Positions 1-9,354 of a stretch of DNA of 32,884 bases are shown piece by piece. The stretch is from contig CAOKJC010000003.1 in assembly GCA_948468685.1 (NCBI GenBank), positions 1 through 32,884 of the forward strand, read 5' to 3'. Below the pieces are notes generated by a model that did not search any database, was not told where the DNA came from, and saw only the letters and a list, made by a program, of their open reading frames with translations. How positions within the stretch are numbered: position 1 is the first letter of the stretch; each line of letters starts with the position of its first letter. Position numbers and translations under genes: made by a program. This DNA is from an uncultured Clostridium sp. (GTDB lineage: Bacteria > Bacillota > Clostridia > TANB77 > CAG-508).

Positions 1-213
1 TAATTAGATTTTCTAAGAAATGTCATAAACCGCTGAATGTAATGAAAAAGGACTATAACTATATCTAATTTTTCCGTGAACATTCCTCATTTTCTTATTT
101 AAACAGTTCTATTTTTTCACTCCAATCAATCAGTAAATAATAAAAATATGGGGGGTATAGGTCTTAGCAAATCACCAGTCCCCCAAAAAACAAGCATTTA
201 TGAATTATAACAT

Positions 214-1995
214 TTAATTAATAATTTTCTTTAATTCTTCAATTCTTTCTTCATAAAATTTAATAGTATACTTATATGTATTTTTATTTTCTAAGTCTAC
301 ATCAACCATCTTCAACAAATCAATAGACTTTTGGCTACATCCCTGTTTTAACATATCAATATATCTTTCAACAAACCCAGGTTCTTTATTTAATATTTTT
401 GTAGCTATTGCTATTGCAGCTGATACACCAGTAGCATATTTATATACATAGAAATCACTATAAAAATGAGGTATCCTTGCCCATTCATATTTTATTTCTT
501 CATCTATACTAACCGCTTCTCCAAAATATTTTTTATTTAAATCATAATACAAACTATTTAAATCTTCTGAAGAAAGCATTTCATTATTTTCAATTTTTTC
601 ATGAACCAATTTTTCAAACTCCGCAAACATAGCTTGTCTAAAAAATGTAGCTCTTATCATTTCTAATAATTCATATAATAATTCTGCCTTTTTCTTATTA
701 TCTTTTTCATTTTTAATTTGATAATCACTTAATAAGATTTCATTTACAGTTGAAGCAACCTCTGCAACCATTATTGTATAATTTGCATCTATTACATTTT
801 GATTTGCATTTGAATAATATGAATGCATACTATGTCCTAACTCATGAGCTATTGTACTAACATCTCTTTTACTATTTACAAAATTAGTTAATACAAAAGG
901 ATGAATACCATACACTCCCATACTATATGCGCCGCTTCTTTTATTTGGCTTTGCAAAAACATCTATCCAATTATTATCAAAAGCTTCTTCTAATTTATTT
1001 ATATATTCTTTGCCTAATATTTCTAACGCATTTAAAACTTCGTTTTTTGCCTCTTCAAAAGATATTTCATCTTTACCTTGTTCGCATGGATTAAAATATA
1101 AATCATACATATGCATTTCTGATAAATTTAACATTTTCTTTTTTAATTCTAAAAATTTGTAATTAGAAGAAATGTTTTCATCAATAGCCTCTATTAAACT
1201 ATTATAAACTTTAATACTTGCATCATCATGGTCTACAGCCTGTTCTAAACTTGAATTATATTTTCTTAATTTCGCTATAGTAGTCTTTGCCTTAACATTT
1301 GCAATATACATCTCTGTAATTGTATTAACAAATTCACTATATTTCTTATACATTAAATTAAAAGCTTGTTTTCTAACCTCTTGACTTTGACTTTTTAAGT
1401 ATAATGTATAATTACTATCTGTTAGTTCTACCTCTTCCCCATTCTCATCTTTTAACTTTCCAAATTTAAATTCTACATTAGTTAACATATCAAATGTATT
1501 CTCTGGTGCTGAAATAGTTTCAGATAAGTTTGCTAGTATATTTTCTTCTTCTTTTGACAGTACATGTTTTTTCTTTTCTAAGATATCTTTTATATCTCTT
1601 GAATATGGTAATAATCTTTTATCATTTTTTAAGTAATCTTGAATTCTTACTTCATCTGCATATGTTATTTCGGGTGTTATAAATGATGTTGCAACACTGA
1701 AATCTGTTCCTAGAATTTCTACTTCTTTAAATAGTTTAATTCCCTCTTGATTTGACATATCTAAATGATATTTTAACATTCCATATGAATATACTCTTTC
1801 ATATTTTTCTAATGCTTGTTCATATAAACTATAACAGTTATATAAATTATCTGCTATATTACATAGATTTCCTTGATATGTTTTTATTTTTTCTAATATT
1901 TCTTTTATTTCATTTTTTTCTTTATTAAATTCTTCTTCATTTTTAAATAAGTCTTGTAAGTTCCAGCTATATTTTGAATCTTTTGTTTCTTGCAT
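214..1995 (-). CDS. pepF: Oligoendopeptidase F (M3B peptidase)
   Basis: 593-aa ORF with N-terminal W-N-L-x-D-L-F, KRSGAYS, zinc motif HELGHSMH, AEVAST and WARIPHFY..FYVYKYATG; AGGAGG RBS upstream. Confidence 0.95.
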   Translation of the reverse strand: MQETKDSKYSWNLQDLFKNEEEFNKEKNEIKEILEKIKTYQGNLCNIADNLYNCYSLYEQALEKYERVYSYGMLKYHLDMSNQEGIKLFKEVEILGTDFSVATSFITPEITYADEVRIQDYLKNDKRLLPYSRDIKDILEKKKHVLSKEEENILANLSETISAPENTFDMLTNVEFKFGKLKDENGEEVELTDSNYTLYLKSQSQEVRKQAFNLMYKKYSEFVNTITEMYIANVKAKTTIAKLRKYNSSLEQAVDHDDASIKVYNSLIEAIDENISSNYKFLELKKKMLNLSEMHMYDLYFNPCEQGKDEISFEEAKNEVLNALEILGKEYINKLEEAFDNNWIDVFAKPNKRSGAYSMGVYGIHPFVLTNFVNSKRDVSTIAHELGHSMHSYYSNANQNVIDANYTIMVAEVASTVNEILLSDYQIKNEKDNKKKAELLYELLEMIRATFFRQAMFAEFEKLVHEKIENNEMLSSEDLNSLYYDLNKKYFGEAVSIDEEIKYEWARIPHFYSDFYVYKYATGVSAAIAIATKILNKEPGFVERYIDMLKQGCSQKSIDLLKMVDVDLENKNTYKYTIKFYEERIEELKKIIN

Positions 1996-2042
1996 TTTTA
2001 TCCCTCCTAAAATTTTATATTATCTATTTTTTAGATAATCAT

Positions 2043-2071
2043 AATATATATCAGAAAATTACTTTTGTCAA
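2043..2071 (-). promoter_or_regulatory. Sigma-A-like promoter of pepF
   Basis: Minus strand TTGACA (2071-2066), 17 nt, TATATT (2048-2043). Confidence 0.6.
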
Positions 2072-2112
2072 TTTTTGGAAAAGCCAGTATAACTTTCCTA
2101 ATATATAAATAA

Positions 2113-2154
2113 TAGGAGAAGCTTAAAACAAATTTATGTTTCAAACTTCTCCTA
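2113..2154 (-). terminator. Intrinsic terminator-like hairpin after the 2161-2721 gene
   Basis: Inverted repeat TAGGAGAAG...CTTCTCCTA with inner AAACA/TGTTT pairing, just past the stop codon. Confidence 0.6.
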
Positions 2155-2160
2155 AAAAAC

Positions 2161-2721
2161 TTATAATCCTTTTTTGTCAACGATATGATTAATACTTCCA
2201 GAATAATCTTTTAAATTTATTCCTTTTTTTCTGTCCTTTTTCATTTTCCTAATTCGAATCATGTCTTTAATGCCTTCACTAATAAAACTGAATGCAAATA
2301 CTAATGTTGCATATGCTACTATTGGTATTAAAACTATAGCAATAATGCTTGAAAAGCAATCATTAGATTTATAATTAGTAGTGATTTCTGTATCACTAAA
2401 ATCAAAGGTTAAACATCCCTTTTTGCTAGATTCTACAATAATTACATTTTTTTGTAATGCATAAAATGAAATTGTTACAGTTTCAGTACCTTGGCTATAA
2501 TCAGTAATTAACTGATTATGTTTGTCTATTTTTTCTGATATAGAACTTAGTCCATCATACCATGCTTTTGAAGCAATTTCTTTATAGTATTTTTCTTCCT
2601 CTTCCGAAAATTTCTGAGGCCAAGTTTCGTTATATACCCATTTTCCTATTATTACAATAAATATTATACTTGTAATAGAAATTAAAACTGTAAAAACTCT
2701 ACTCCATTTTTCTTTATTCAT
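2161..2721 (-). CDS. Hypothetical membrane protein (two predicted TM segments)
   Basis: 186-aa ORF with AAGGAG RBS and hydrophobic stretches near the N-terminus and around aa 125-147; no family recognised. Confidence 0.75.
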   Translation of the reverse strand: MNKEKWSRVFTVLISITSIIFIVIIGKWVYNETWPQKFSEEEEKYYKEIASKAWYDGLSSISEKIDKHNQLITDYSQGTETVTISFYALQKNVIIVESSKKGCLTFDFSDTEITTNYKSNDCFSSIIAIVLIPIVAYATLVFAFSFISEGIKDMIRIRKMKKDRKKGINLKDYSGSINHIVDKKGL

Positions 2722-2753
2722 TTAGTCTCCTTTTAAAATGAAAATAAATGTTT

Positions 2754-3299
2754 TCAGTTATAAACTATACAACTAAGTGGTAAATATATATACATATAAT
2801 TTTTGGAAGAACTAGAACAATAAGAAGGTTCTGTTACAAACACTACCAATATTTCATTAATATCAAAATCACATTCCTCAATAGTCTCTTCAGAATCAAG
2901 TGTCATATTGTAGATATCTATATATTTGAATTTCTTGAGTATCCTTGTGAAATTACAGTCACCATAAATAATTTTTATAGTTTTTCGAGTATCATATGAA
3001 CGTTCTGCCTTCCAATGTGCCTTTGTCGGAGGCTCTTCATACTTAGCATCATATAGTTTCAATTTTTCTGCCATTTCATGTGGATTAGTAATAATAGAAA
3101 CCATTTCGTTTTCTGACAAATACTCAAGCTCTAAATCTGAAAGTTTTGATACAATCTTTACAGCTTGTTCAATAGAAATTTTACCAAATGTTTTTTTGAC
3201 AATTTCAAAAATCATTTTAAGTCCTTTATTAGTGCCTAAATCAACCCAACAATGTCCTCTTTCATTTTTCAATACTTCTGCTAATTCCCGATATCTCAT
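2754..3299 (-). CDS. Hypothetical protein
   Basis: 181-aa ORF with AAGGAG RBS and its own promoter; no family recognised. Confidence 0.75.
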   Translation of the reverse strand: MRYRELAEVLKNERGHCWVDLGTNKGLKMIFEIVKKTFGKISIEQAVKIVSKLSDLELEYLSENEMVSIITNPHEMAEKLKLYDAKYEEPPTKAHWKAERSYDTRKTIKIIYGDCNFTRILKKFKYIDIYNMTLDSEETIEECDFDINEILVVFVTEPSYCSSSSKNYMYIYLPLSCIVYN

Positions 3300-3368
3300 A
3301 TCGTTCTCCTTTCATTAATCGATTTACTCAAATAAAATGAGTAAAAATTCTACTATTGAAGCAAAAAT

Positions 3369-3397
3369 ATTCTATCACAATTATTATTTTATGTCAA
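3369..3397 (-). promoter_or_regulatory. Sigma-A-like promoter with extended -10
   Basis: Minus strand TTGACA (3397-3392), 17 nt ending TGA, TAGAAT (3374-3369). Confidence 0.7.
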
Positions 3398-3457
3398 ATC
3401 AATTTTAAATTTCGTATAATATACAAATGCAATTTATAAAAAACGAAAGGAGGTATT

Positions 3458-4037
3458 ATGGAGATTAAAAATAAAAAAATAGGATTTGTTTTAACAGGTG
3501 CTTTTGGTGCCTATAGTAAAACAATCCCTAAAATAAAAGAACTAGTAAAAAAAGGTTCTGAAGTAATTCCTATTATGTCTTTTAATAGTTATAATTTAGA
3601 TACTAAATTTGGGAAAGCTTCAGATTTTATAGATGAAATTCAAAAGATTACTGGAAAAGAAATTATCCATACTATTCAAGATGCGGAAAACATTGGACTT
3701 AAAAGATTAACTGACATTATGATTGTAGCACCTTGTACTGGAAATACTATGTCAAAACTGGCTTATGATATTATTGATACATCAAGTACTATGGCGGTAA
3801 AATCACATTTAAGAAATGATTTACCTGTTGTTATTGCACCAATTACTAATAATGGATTAAGTCGGAAATGCTTTGAGTATAGCCACATTACTTAATAGGA
3901 AAAATTACTATTTTGTTCCTTTTAGACAAGATAATCCTATAACAAAACCACGTTCTATTTCTTTTGACCCAGAGTACATTGTAAAAACTATAGAATATGC
4001 TTTGAATGATGAACAGATTCAGCCTATTTTGCTATAA
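3458..4037 (+). CDS. spoVFB: Dipicolinate synthase subunit B, interrupted by a +1 frameshift at CGG 3863-3865
   Basis: N-part has IGFVLTG, IVAPCTGNT and MAVKSHLRN. After AGT-C-GGA the +1 frame continues GNALSIATLLNRKNYYFVPFRQDNPITKPRSISFD...EQIQPILL* (TAA 4035-4037), the typical SpoVFB C-terminus; joined length 192 aa. AAAGGAGG RBS. Confidence 0.92.
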
Positions 4038-4093
4038 TGTCCCATTGGGGACGTTTCTTTTCGGGACATTTTGTCCAACTAGGGACACATCTT
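4038..4093. repeat. 31-bp palindromic REP-like unit plus partial second unit
   Basis: TGTCCCATTGGGGACGTTTCTTTTCGGGACA (4038-4068) starts right after the spoVFB stop; the block is a near-identical reverse complement of 7396-7451. Confidence 0.85.
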
Positions 4094-4113
4094 AGTTCGA
4101 ATTTAAATATTGC

Positions 4114-4147
4114 AAAAAGCACACTGCTCTAATACAGTGTGCTTTTT
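4114..4147. terminator. Bidirectional intrinsic terminator
   Basis: AAAAAGCACACTG-8nt-CAGTGTGCTTTTT between the convergent spoVFB and DHHW genes. Confidence 0.85.
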
Positions 4148-4162
4148 CACCAAACATCTTAA

Positions 4163-5254
4163 CTATTTAAAAACATCTTGATTCAAAACCACAGTACTAT
4201 ACAAAAATAGTACATCCTGATTTTCAAAATCTATATAATTACTCAAAATCTTACTATTTATATATCTAATATCAATTAAAGTAATCTTTTTATAATTTTC
4301 CACCAGCAATGGAGCTACACTACTTCCAAAAGAATCTCTAAACAAAAGCAATTCCTTATCTGATGTAGAATTTGGATTTTCTATTGAAATCAATGGTGTT
4401 GCACCAGATAAAAACACATCATATTTGTCAATTGATTTTTTATATTTCTCTAAATCATATATTTTTCCATGTTGTTTTGTTTCATAATTATATGTTGTAC
4501 AATTCTCAAAGATATCATTTGTTAAATAGTTAATTTTATCTGCATTTATATTTGCTGATGTTTGTCCATAATATGTTCCATAAAAGTTCCCTAGTTCTAT
4601 TTTTTTATACATTAAGTTTGAATTATTTTGAATGCCCATTTCTGAACTAATTTTTTTTGCAATTTTTTCTATATTTTCTTGTTTCCAATGTAAATCTGTT
4701 CTATAGTAATCTTCTAATGATAGTTCTGGAAATAAATCAATATAATGATAATCATTTAAGCTATTTTTCAGTATTGATGTTAATTTACTATAATTTATTT
4801 TTAAGTGTTCGTCATCTAAATAATAATTTTTATCTGGAATAATTGAATAATAAATATTATTATTATTCAAATATTGTTTAATTATATTTTCTATTTTCTG
4901 TACTGATTTTTTTATCGCATTTTCATTTAATGGGTATTCTATTTTATAAATTGAATTATCTTTAATAAATAATTTATTTGTGTCTTTTTGTTGCAAGATA
5001 TTTGTATTAAAGTAATATTTAATTTTTCTAAAAGTATCTCTTCCTACAAATTGATCCATTGCATATTTTTCTAATTTATCTGATAAATTACCATCTAATA
5101 TTTCTTTTTCTGTTATTTTAGGAAATTGGGCTAATTTTCTTCTTTCAGTTTTCGATATTGTTTCATCAGGTTTTATAATATTCAAAATTAGAATTGTTAT
5201 TATAACTATTATGAAACCAAATGTAGTTATTATATTTTTTGTTTTATCTTTCAT
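4163..5254 (-). CDS. DHHW-family (AlgJ/AlgX-like SGNH) O-acyltransferase partner
   Basis: N-terminal TM, SKTERRKLAQFP, DQFVGRD, IIPDK, YYRTDLHW (DHHW-like motif), LLFRDSFG, IDIRY; directly downstream of the MBOAT gene. Confidence 0.85.
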   Translation of the reverse strand: MKDKTKNIITTFGFIIVIITILILNIIKPDETISKTERRKLAQFPKITEKEILDGNLSDKLEKYAMDQFVGRDTFRKIKYYFNTNILQQKDTNKLFIKDNSIYKIEYPLNENAIKKSVQKIENIIKQYLNNNNIYYSIIPDKNYYLDDEHLKINYSKLTSILKNSLNDYHYIDLFPELSLEDYYRTDLHWKQENIEKIAKKISSEMGIQNNSNLMYKKIELGNFYGTYYGQTSANINADKINYLTNDIFENCTTYNYETKQHGKIYDLEKYKKSIDKYDVFLSGATPLISIENPNSTSDKELLLFRDSFGSSVAPLLVENYKKITLIDIRYINSKILSNYIDFENQDVLFLYSTVVLNQDVFK

Positions 5255-5264
5255 ATTCTACCTC

Positions 5265-6656
5265 CTAGAATCTAAAATATAAAAATGGATTAAATGAGCC
5301 ATCAATTATATAACTTGTTGATATAATAAATATTGCCATTAATACAAGTGGTTCTAATACATTTATAAATTTTCTAATTTTTTCTTTATTTAATTTCTCT
5401 TTGAATATTGGTTTTGAACCTAATATTCCAATAAGTATAACTACAAAATAACTTTTTAAGTAATATATACTTTCTGTTGAAGTAAATGGTATATTCCCTA
5501 TTCCAAATAATCCTTTTACATTTTCTAAAATTTGATTTATTCCATTTCCATTGAAAATGATAAAACTTATCATAACTATAAAGTTCGTATATAAAATTCT
5601 TATTATATTTGGAAGTTTTTCAATATATTTTAATAAAAACTTCTTTTCTATAATTAACAAAATTCCAAAATATAAGCCCCACATTATAAAATTCCATGCT
5701 GCTCCATGCCATAATCCTGTTAATAGCCATACAATTAAAATATTCCTAATGTTCTTTATACTACTTACTCTATTTCCACCTAATGGTATATAAATATAAT
5801 CTCTAAACCATGAGCTTAAAGATATATGCCATCTTCTCCAAAAATCTGTAATGCTTTTTGCTATATATGGATAATTAAAGTTTTCAGGAAACTTAAATCC
5901 TAACATACTTCCTAACCCAATTGCCATATCTGAGTATCCAGAAAAATCAAAATAAATTTGTAACATTCCTGAAATAGCATATAACCAATAAAATATAACA
6001 CTTTTATCAGTACTTATAGCAAATATATTTATTAATTCTCCCAATAAATTTGCTATTAATACCTTTTTTCCAAGTCCTATTACAAAACGCCTTATTCCTA
6101 TTGCAAATTTTTCTATTGTATAATTTCGATTTTCTAATTGTTCTTGTATATCTTTATATCTTACTATTGGTCCAGCTATTAATTGAGGAAATAATGATAT
6201 ATATAATGCTAAATTGAAAAAGTTTTTTTGAACATCTACTTCATTTTTATATACATCAATTAAGTAACTAATTGTTTGGAATGTATAAAAAGAAATTCCA
6301 ATTGGTAGTAAAACATTTAATAAATCAATATTGCTCGATAACCATAAATTAATGTTTTGTATTATAAAATCAAAATATTTAAAATATATTAATAATCCTA
6401 AATTAATAAATATTGAACTAAATAGAATCATTTTTGCATATTTTGTATTTCTATATTTATTTATTAAAAGTCCAAATATATATGTTGCTGTAATTGAAAA
6501 AATCATTAAAAATACATATTTAGGTTCTCCATATGCATAAAATATAAGTGATGAAATTAATAATACAATATTTTTCATTTTCTTTGGTACTATATAGTAT
6601 ATAGCCATTACTATTGGTAAAAAATAAAATAAAAATATAATACTTGAAAATATCAT
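5265..6656 (-). CDS. MBOAT-family O-acyltransferase (AlgI/DltB-like)
   Basis: LPIGISFYTFQ, FPQLIAGPIVRY, QIYFDFSGYSDMAIG, ENFNYPY, FWRRWHISLS, GLWHGA and terminal NPFLYFRF. Confidence 0.95.
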   Translation of the reverse strand: MIFSSIIFLFYFLPIVMAIYYIVPKKMKNIVLLISSLIFYAYGEPKYVFLMIFSITATYIFGLLINKYRNTKYAKMILFSSIFINLGLLIYFKYFDFIIQNINLWLSSNIDLLNVLLPIGISFYTFQTISYLIDVYKNEVDVQKNFFNLALYISLFPQLIAGPIVRYKDIQEQLENRNYTIEKFAIGIRRFVIGLGKKVLIANLLGELINIFAISTDKSVIFYWLYAISGMLQIYFDFSGYSDMAIGLGSMLGFKFPENFNYPYIAKSITDFWRRWHISLSSWFRDYIYIPLGGNRVSSIKNIRNILIVWLLTGLWHGAAWNFIMWGLYFGILLIIEKKFLLKYIEKLPNIIRILYTNFIVMISFIIFNGNGINQILENVKGLFGIGNIPFTSTESIYYLKSYFVVILIGILGSKPIFKEKLNKEKIRKFINVLEPLVLMAIFIISTSYIIDGSFNPFLYFRF

Positions 6657-6673
6657 TTTTTTCTCCTTATAAA

Positions 6674-6714
6674 AAGAGGTTTGAAGTTAGTATTTTCTTA
6701 ACTTCCAACCTCTT
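6674..6714 (-). terminator. Hairpin between the 6736-7332 gene and the MBOAT gene
   Basis: Imperfect inverted repeat AAGAGGTTTGAAGTTA...TAACTTCCAACCTCTT followed by a T run on the minus strand. Confidence 0.6.
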
Positions 6715-6735
6715 GAATAAATTTTATAGTTTAAT

Positions 6736-7332
6736 TTATTGCATCATATCTGGGCTATATAATTCGTCTGGCAATTCGCCTTCTTCAGCTGTTTTTTCAT
6801 ATTCTTTTCCAACTGAACCTGCTAAATTTTTAAATGCATCATATACAGGTTTTGCCCAGTCTTCAGTAGACATTACTAAGCATACAATATCTCCTGAATT
6901 TGTTGCATATAATTTTTCAGCTGTAACACAAATCCATTTTCTTTGATCTACATTTTCTGACATTGTTTTTGCTATTTCATTTGCATTTGTTCCATTTTTA
7001 ACTTTTGCTATAACAAATGAATATGCTTGCGAACTCATCATCGGTTCAGATACTACTAAATATTCTAAGTCATCTCCATTTTCAAGTCCTGTAAATGATT
7101 TTACCATATTGTTATCTGTTACATCAATTACATTTGTTTCAACATTAGGTAATCTAACTTCTTCTTCTGCATATATTTTTTCTACTAAGTTTACTAGGTC
7201 TTCTGAACTGCTTATTTCTCCTAATTTTGAATTATTTTCTTTTTTGTCTTTTAGCATTATTACAGCTATTATAGCTATAATTACAATTGCTACTACTACT
7301 AATGTTGTAATAATTTTTGTTTGGTTTTTCAT
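6736..7332 (-). CDS. Membrane-anchored extracytoplasmic protein (DUF4358-like) linked to the MBOAT/DHHW cluster
   Basis: Start better placed at ATG 7332 after AAAGGAGG (MKNQTK); N-terminal TM; SEPMMSSQAYS and RKWICV motifs. Confidence 0.7.
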   Translation of the reverse strand: MKNQTKIITTLVVVAIVIIAIIAVIMLKDKKENNSKLGEISSSEDLVNLVEKIYAEEEVRLPNVETNVIDVTDNNMVKSFTGLENGDDLEYLVVSEPMMSSQAYSFVIAKVKNGTNANEIAKTMSENVDQRKWICVTAEKLYATNSGDIVCLVMSTEDWAKPVYDAFKNLAGSVGKEYEKTAEEGELPDELYSPDMMQ

Positions 7333-7395
7333 ATGTTTTCCTCCTTTTTTTCTTAAATATATCATAAGTCTTACACGATTGCAATAGTTTTATTT

Positions 7396-7451
7396 AAGAT
7401 GTGTCCCCAATGGGACAAAATGTCCCAAACAGAAACGTCCCTAATAGGACA
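7396..7451. repeat. 31-bp palindromic REP-like unit plus partial second unit
   Basis: TGTCCCAAACAGAAACGTCCCTAATAGGACA (7421-7451) abuts the acyl-CoA ligase stop codon; inverted copy of 4038-4093. Confidence 0.85.
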
Positions 7452-9167
7452 TTATTTAATAATAGTCTTCATTTCTTCATTTCTCTTAACTTTTTTAGTT
7501 GTTGTTTTTATTAATTCTTTATCTGTTAAAATCATATTAGTAATATGTTTATATCTAGGAACAGTAGTATTAACTTCATTTTTAATTCTATCCCAAATTA
7601 TAGCTTTAATTTCTTCTTCAGATATATCTCCATGCTTTTCTTTTACTTCTTCTTTATTGTAGACAACTTTAACAGAAAGTTTAACATCATTTTTGTCACT
7701 TTCATCTGGTAACCCAAAAACAAAACATTCTTCAACTAAATCAATTCTATTTACTAATGTTTCTATTTCTTCTGGAAAGATTTTTTTACCATTTTTAAGC
7801 ACTATCATATTTTTTTCTCTTCCTGTTATATAAATACATCCATCATTATCTATATATCCTAAGTCTCCTGTATAGAACCATCCATCTTTTAGAACTTTGT
7901 TTGTTTCTTCTTCATTTTCGTAATATCCTAGCATTACATTTGGTCCTTTTACACGTATTTCCCCTATTCCTTTTTCATCTTTATTTACTATTTCTAAAGT
8001 TACATTTTCCATAGGTACTCCTATTGAACCTATTTTAGTTACAAAGTCATTTTCAGCTGCTATAACTGGTGCTGTTTCTGTTAGTCCATATCCTTGTACC
8101 ATTCTTATTCCAAAGTCTATGAATCCTTTTTCTATTTTAGGGTCTAATGGTGCTCCTCCTGATATTACAAATCTCATTTTTCCGCCTAGATTGTCTATTA
8201 TTTGTTTAAATAATTTTCTTCTGATATCAATGTGCAATTTTAATAATATGTTACTTATTTTTGTAGCTGTTGATATTAATTTTGTTTTTCCTTGTTTTTC
8301 TATTTCTTTTATTACTTTATTATATATTGCTTCTACAAGAAGCGGAACTCCTACAAATACAGATACTTCATATTCTTTTAAGTTTTGTGCTACATATCTT
8401 AATCCATCTGGAAATGCTGTTCTAACACCACATGCCAGCATCATTATAATACATGTTGAGCCAAATATATGATGCATTGGTAAAAAAGCTAAATTAGAGT
8501 CAGTTTCATATATCCCTTCTACCCTTTGCATTGCATATACATTTGATGCAATATTGTTTTGTGATAACATTACTGCTTTTGATTTTGATGTTGTTCCAGA
8601 TGTAAATAACAATATATTCATTTCATTTTCATTTATTTTTGCTGATATATATTCGTTATTTCCTTTTTCTAATAATTCTTTTCCTTCATTTTTCAATGTA
8701 TGTATATCATTATATCCTTCTAATTTTGACATACATATGTATTCTTTTAGATTTGTATTATTTCTTTTTTTGATTTCTTCTATTTTATCTATATATTTTT
8801 CATCAAAGAAAATGCTATCGGCTTTACTTCTTATTAAAGAATTTTCTAGTTCATCTATTTGTAAATCTTTGTCTAATGGAACTGATACTATTCCTCCTAA
8901 TAAATTTGTTAGATGACCTAATGCCCATTCATATCTATTTCGTCCTAAAACGGCTATTCTTTTACTTTTTAGTCCCATGGCATATAATTTAGTACCTAAA
9001 TGATTAATTTGTTCTAAAAGTGTTTTATATGTTATATTTTCATATGTTTTATTTTTTCCTTCTTGATGCTTTATTATGAAAGCTACATTTTCAGCATATT
9101 TTTTTGCTGAATTACAAATTATTTCTTTGATGTTTTGAAATTCTTGGATATTTCTTTCTTTTTTCAT
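7452..9167 (-). CDS. Long-chain fatty acid-CoA ligase (AMP-binding family)
   Basis: LLFTSGTTSKSKAV, SGGAPL, QGYGLTET, GPNVMLGYY, WFYTGDLG, ITGREKN. Confidence 0.92.
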   Translation of the reverse strand: MKKERNIQEFQNIKEIICNSAKKYAENVAFIIKHQEGKNKTYENITYKTLLEQINHLGTKLYAMGLKSKRIAVLGRNRYEWALGHLTNLLGGIVSVPLDKDLQIDELENSLIRSKADSIFFDEKYIDKIEEIKKRNNTNLKEYICMSKLEGYNDIHTLKNEGKELLEKGNNEYISAKINENEMNILLFTSGTTSKSKAVMLSQNNIASNVYAMQRVEGIYETDSNLAFLPMHHIFGSTCIIMMLACGVRTAFPDGLRYVAQNLKEYEVSVFVGVPLLVEAIYNKVIKEIEKQGKTKLISTATKISNILLKLHIDIRRKLFKQIIDNLGGKMRFVISGGAPLDPKIEKGFIDFGIRMVQGYGLTETAPVIAAENDFVTKIGSIGVPMENVTLEIVNKDEKGIGEIRVKGPNVMLGYYENEEETNKVLKDGWFYTGDLGYIDNDGCIYITGREKNMIVLKNGKKIFPEEIETLVNRIDLVEECFVFGLPDESDKNDVKLSVKVVYNKEEVKEKHGDISEEEIKAIIWDRIKNEVNTTVPRYKHITNMILTDKELIKTTTKKVKRNEEMKTIIK

Positions 9168-9217
9168 ACTTTTCCCTTTCTAAAAGGATTCTAAATCACA
9201 TTATTTTCCTTTTATTA

Positions 9218-9254
9218 AAAATAGATGTATATCTTTATGATAAACATCTATTTT
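9218..9254. terminator. AT-rich hairpin, possible terminator of the 9355-10323 gene
   Basis: AAAATAGATGT...ACATCTATTTT inverted repeat. Confidence 0.45.
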
Positions 9255-9354
9255 ATAATACAATATTTAATTTAAATTGTCCATTAACCTAAGCGGTCAG
9301 TTTTAAAAATCTCTTCCAAAAAATACATTTTTAACCTTTTGGATATAAAGTATT

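Noticed and set aside
1-187. Possible gene start or structured RNA at the left edge, including a GGGGGG...CCCCC hairpin at about 150-185
   Set aside because: No convincing RBS/ORF pair, and the hairpin is weak; it may just be the pepF terminator. The window edge prevents assessment.
4038-7451. Inverted ~56-bp repeats as ends of a composite transposon or invertible segment around the MBOAT cluster
   Set aside because: They belong to a dispersed repeat family oriented relative to the upstream gene's stop; no transposase or invertase lies inside and no target duplication is visible.
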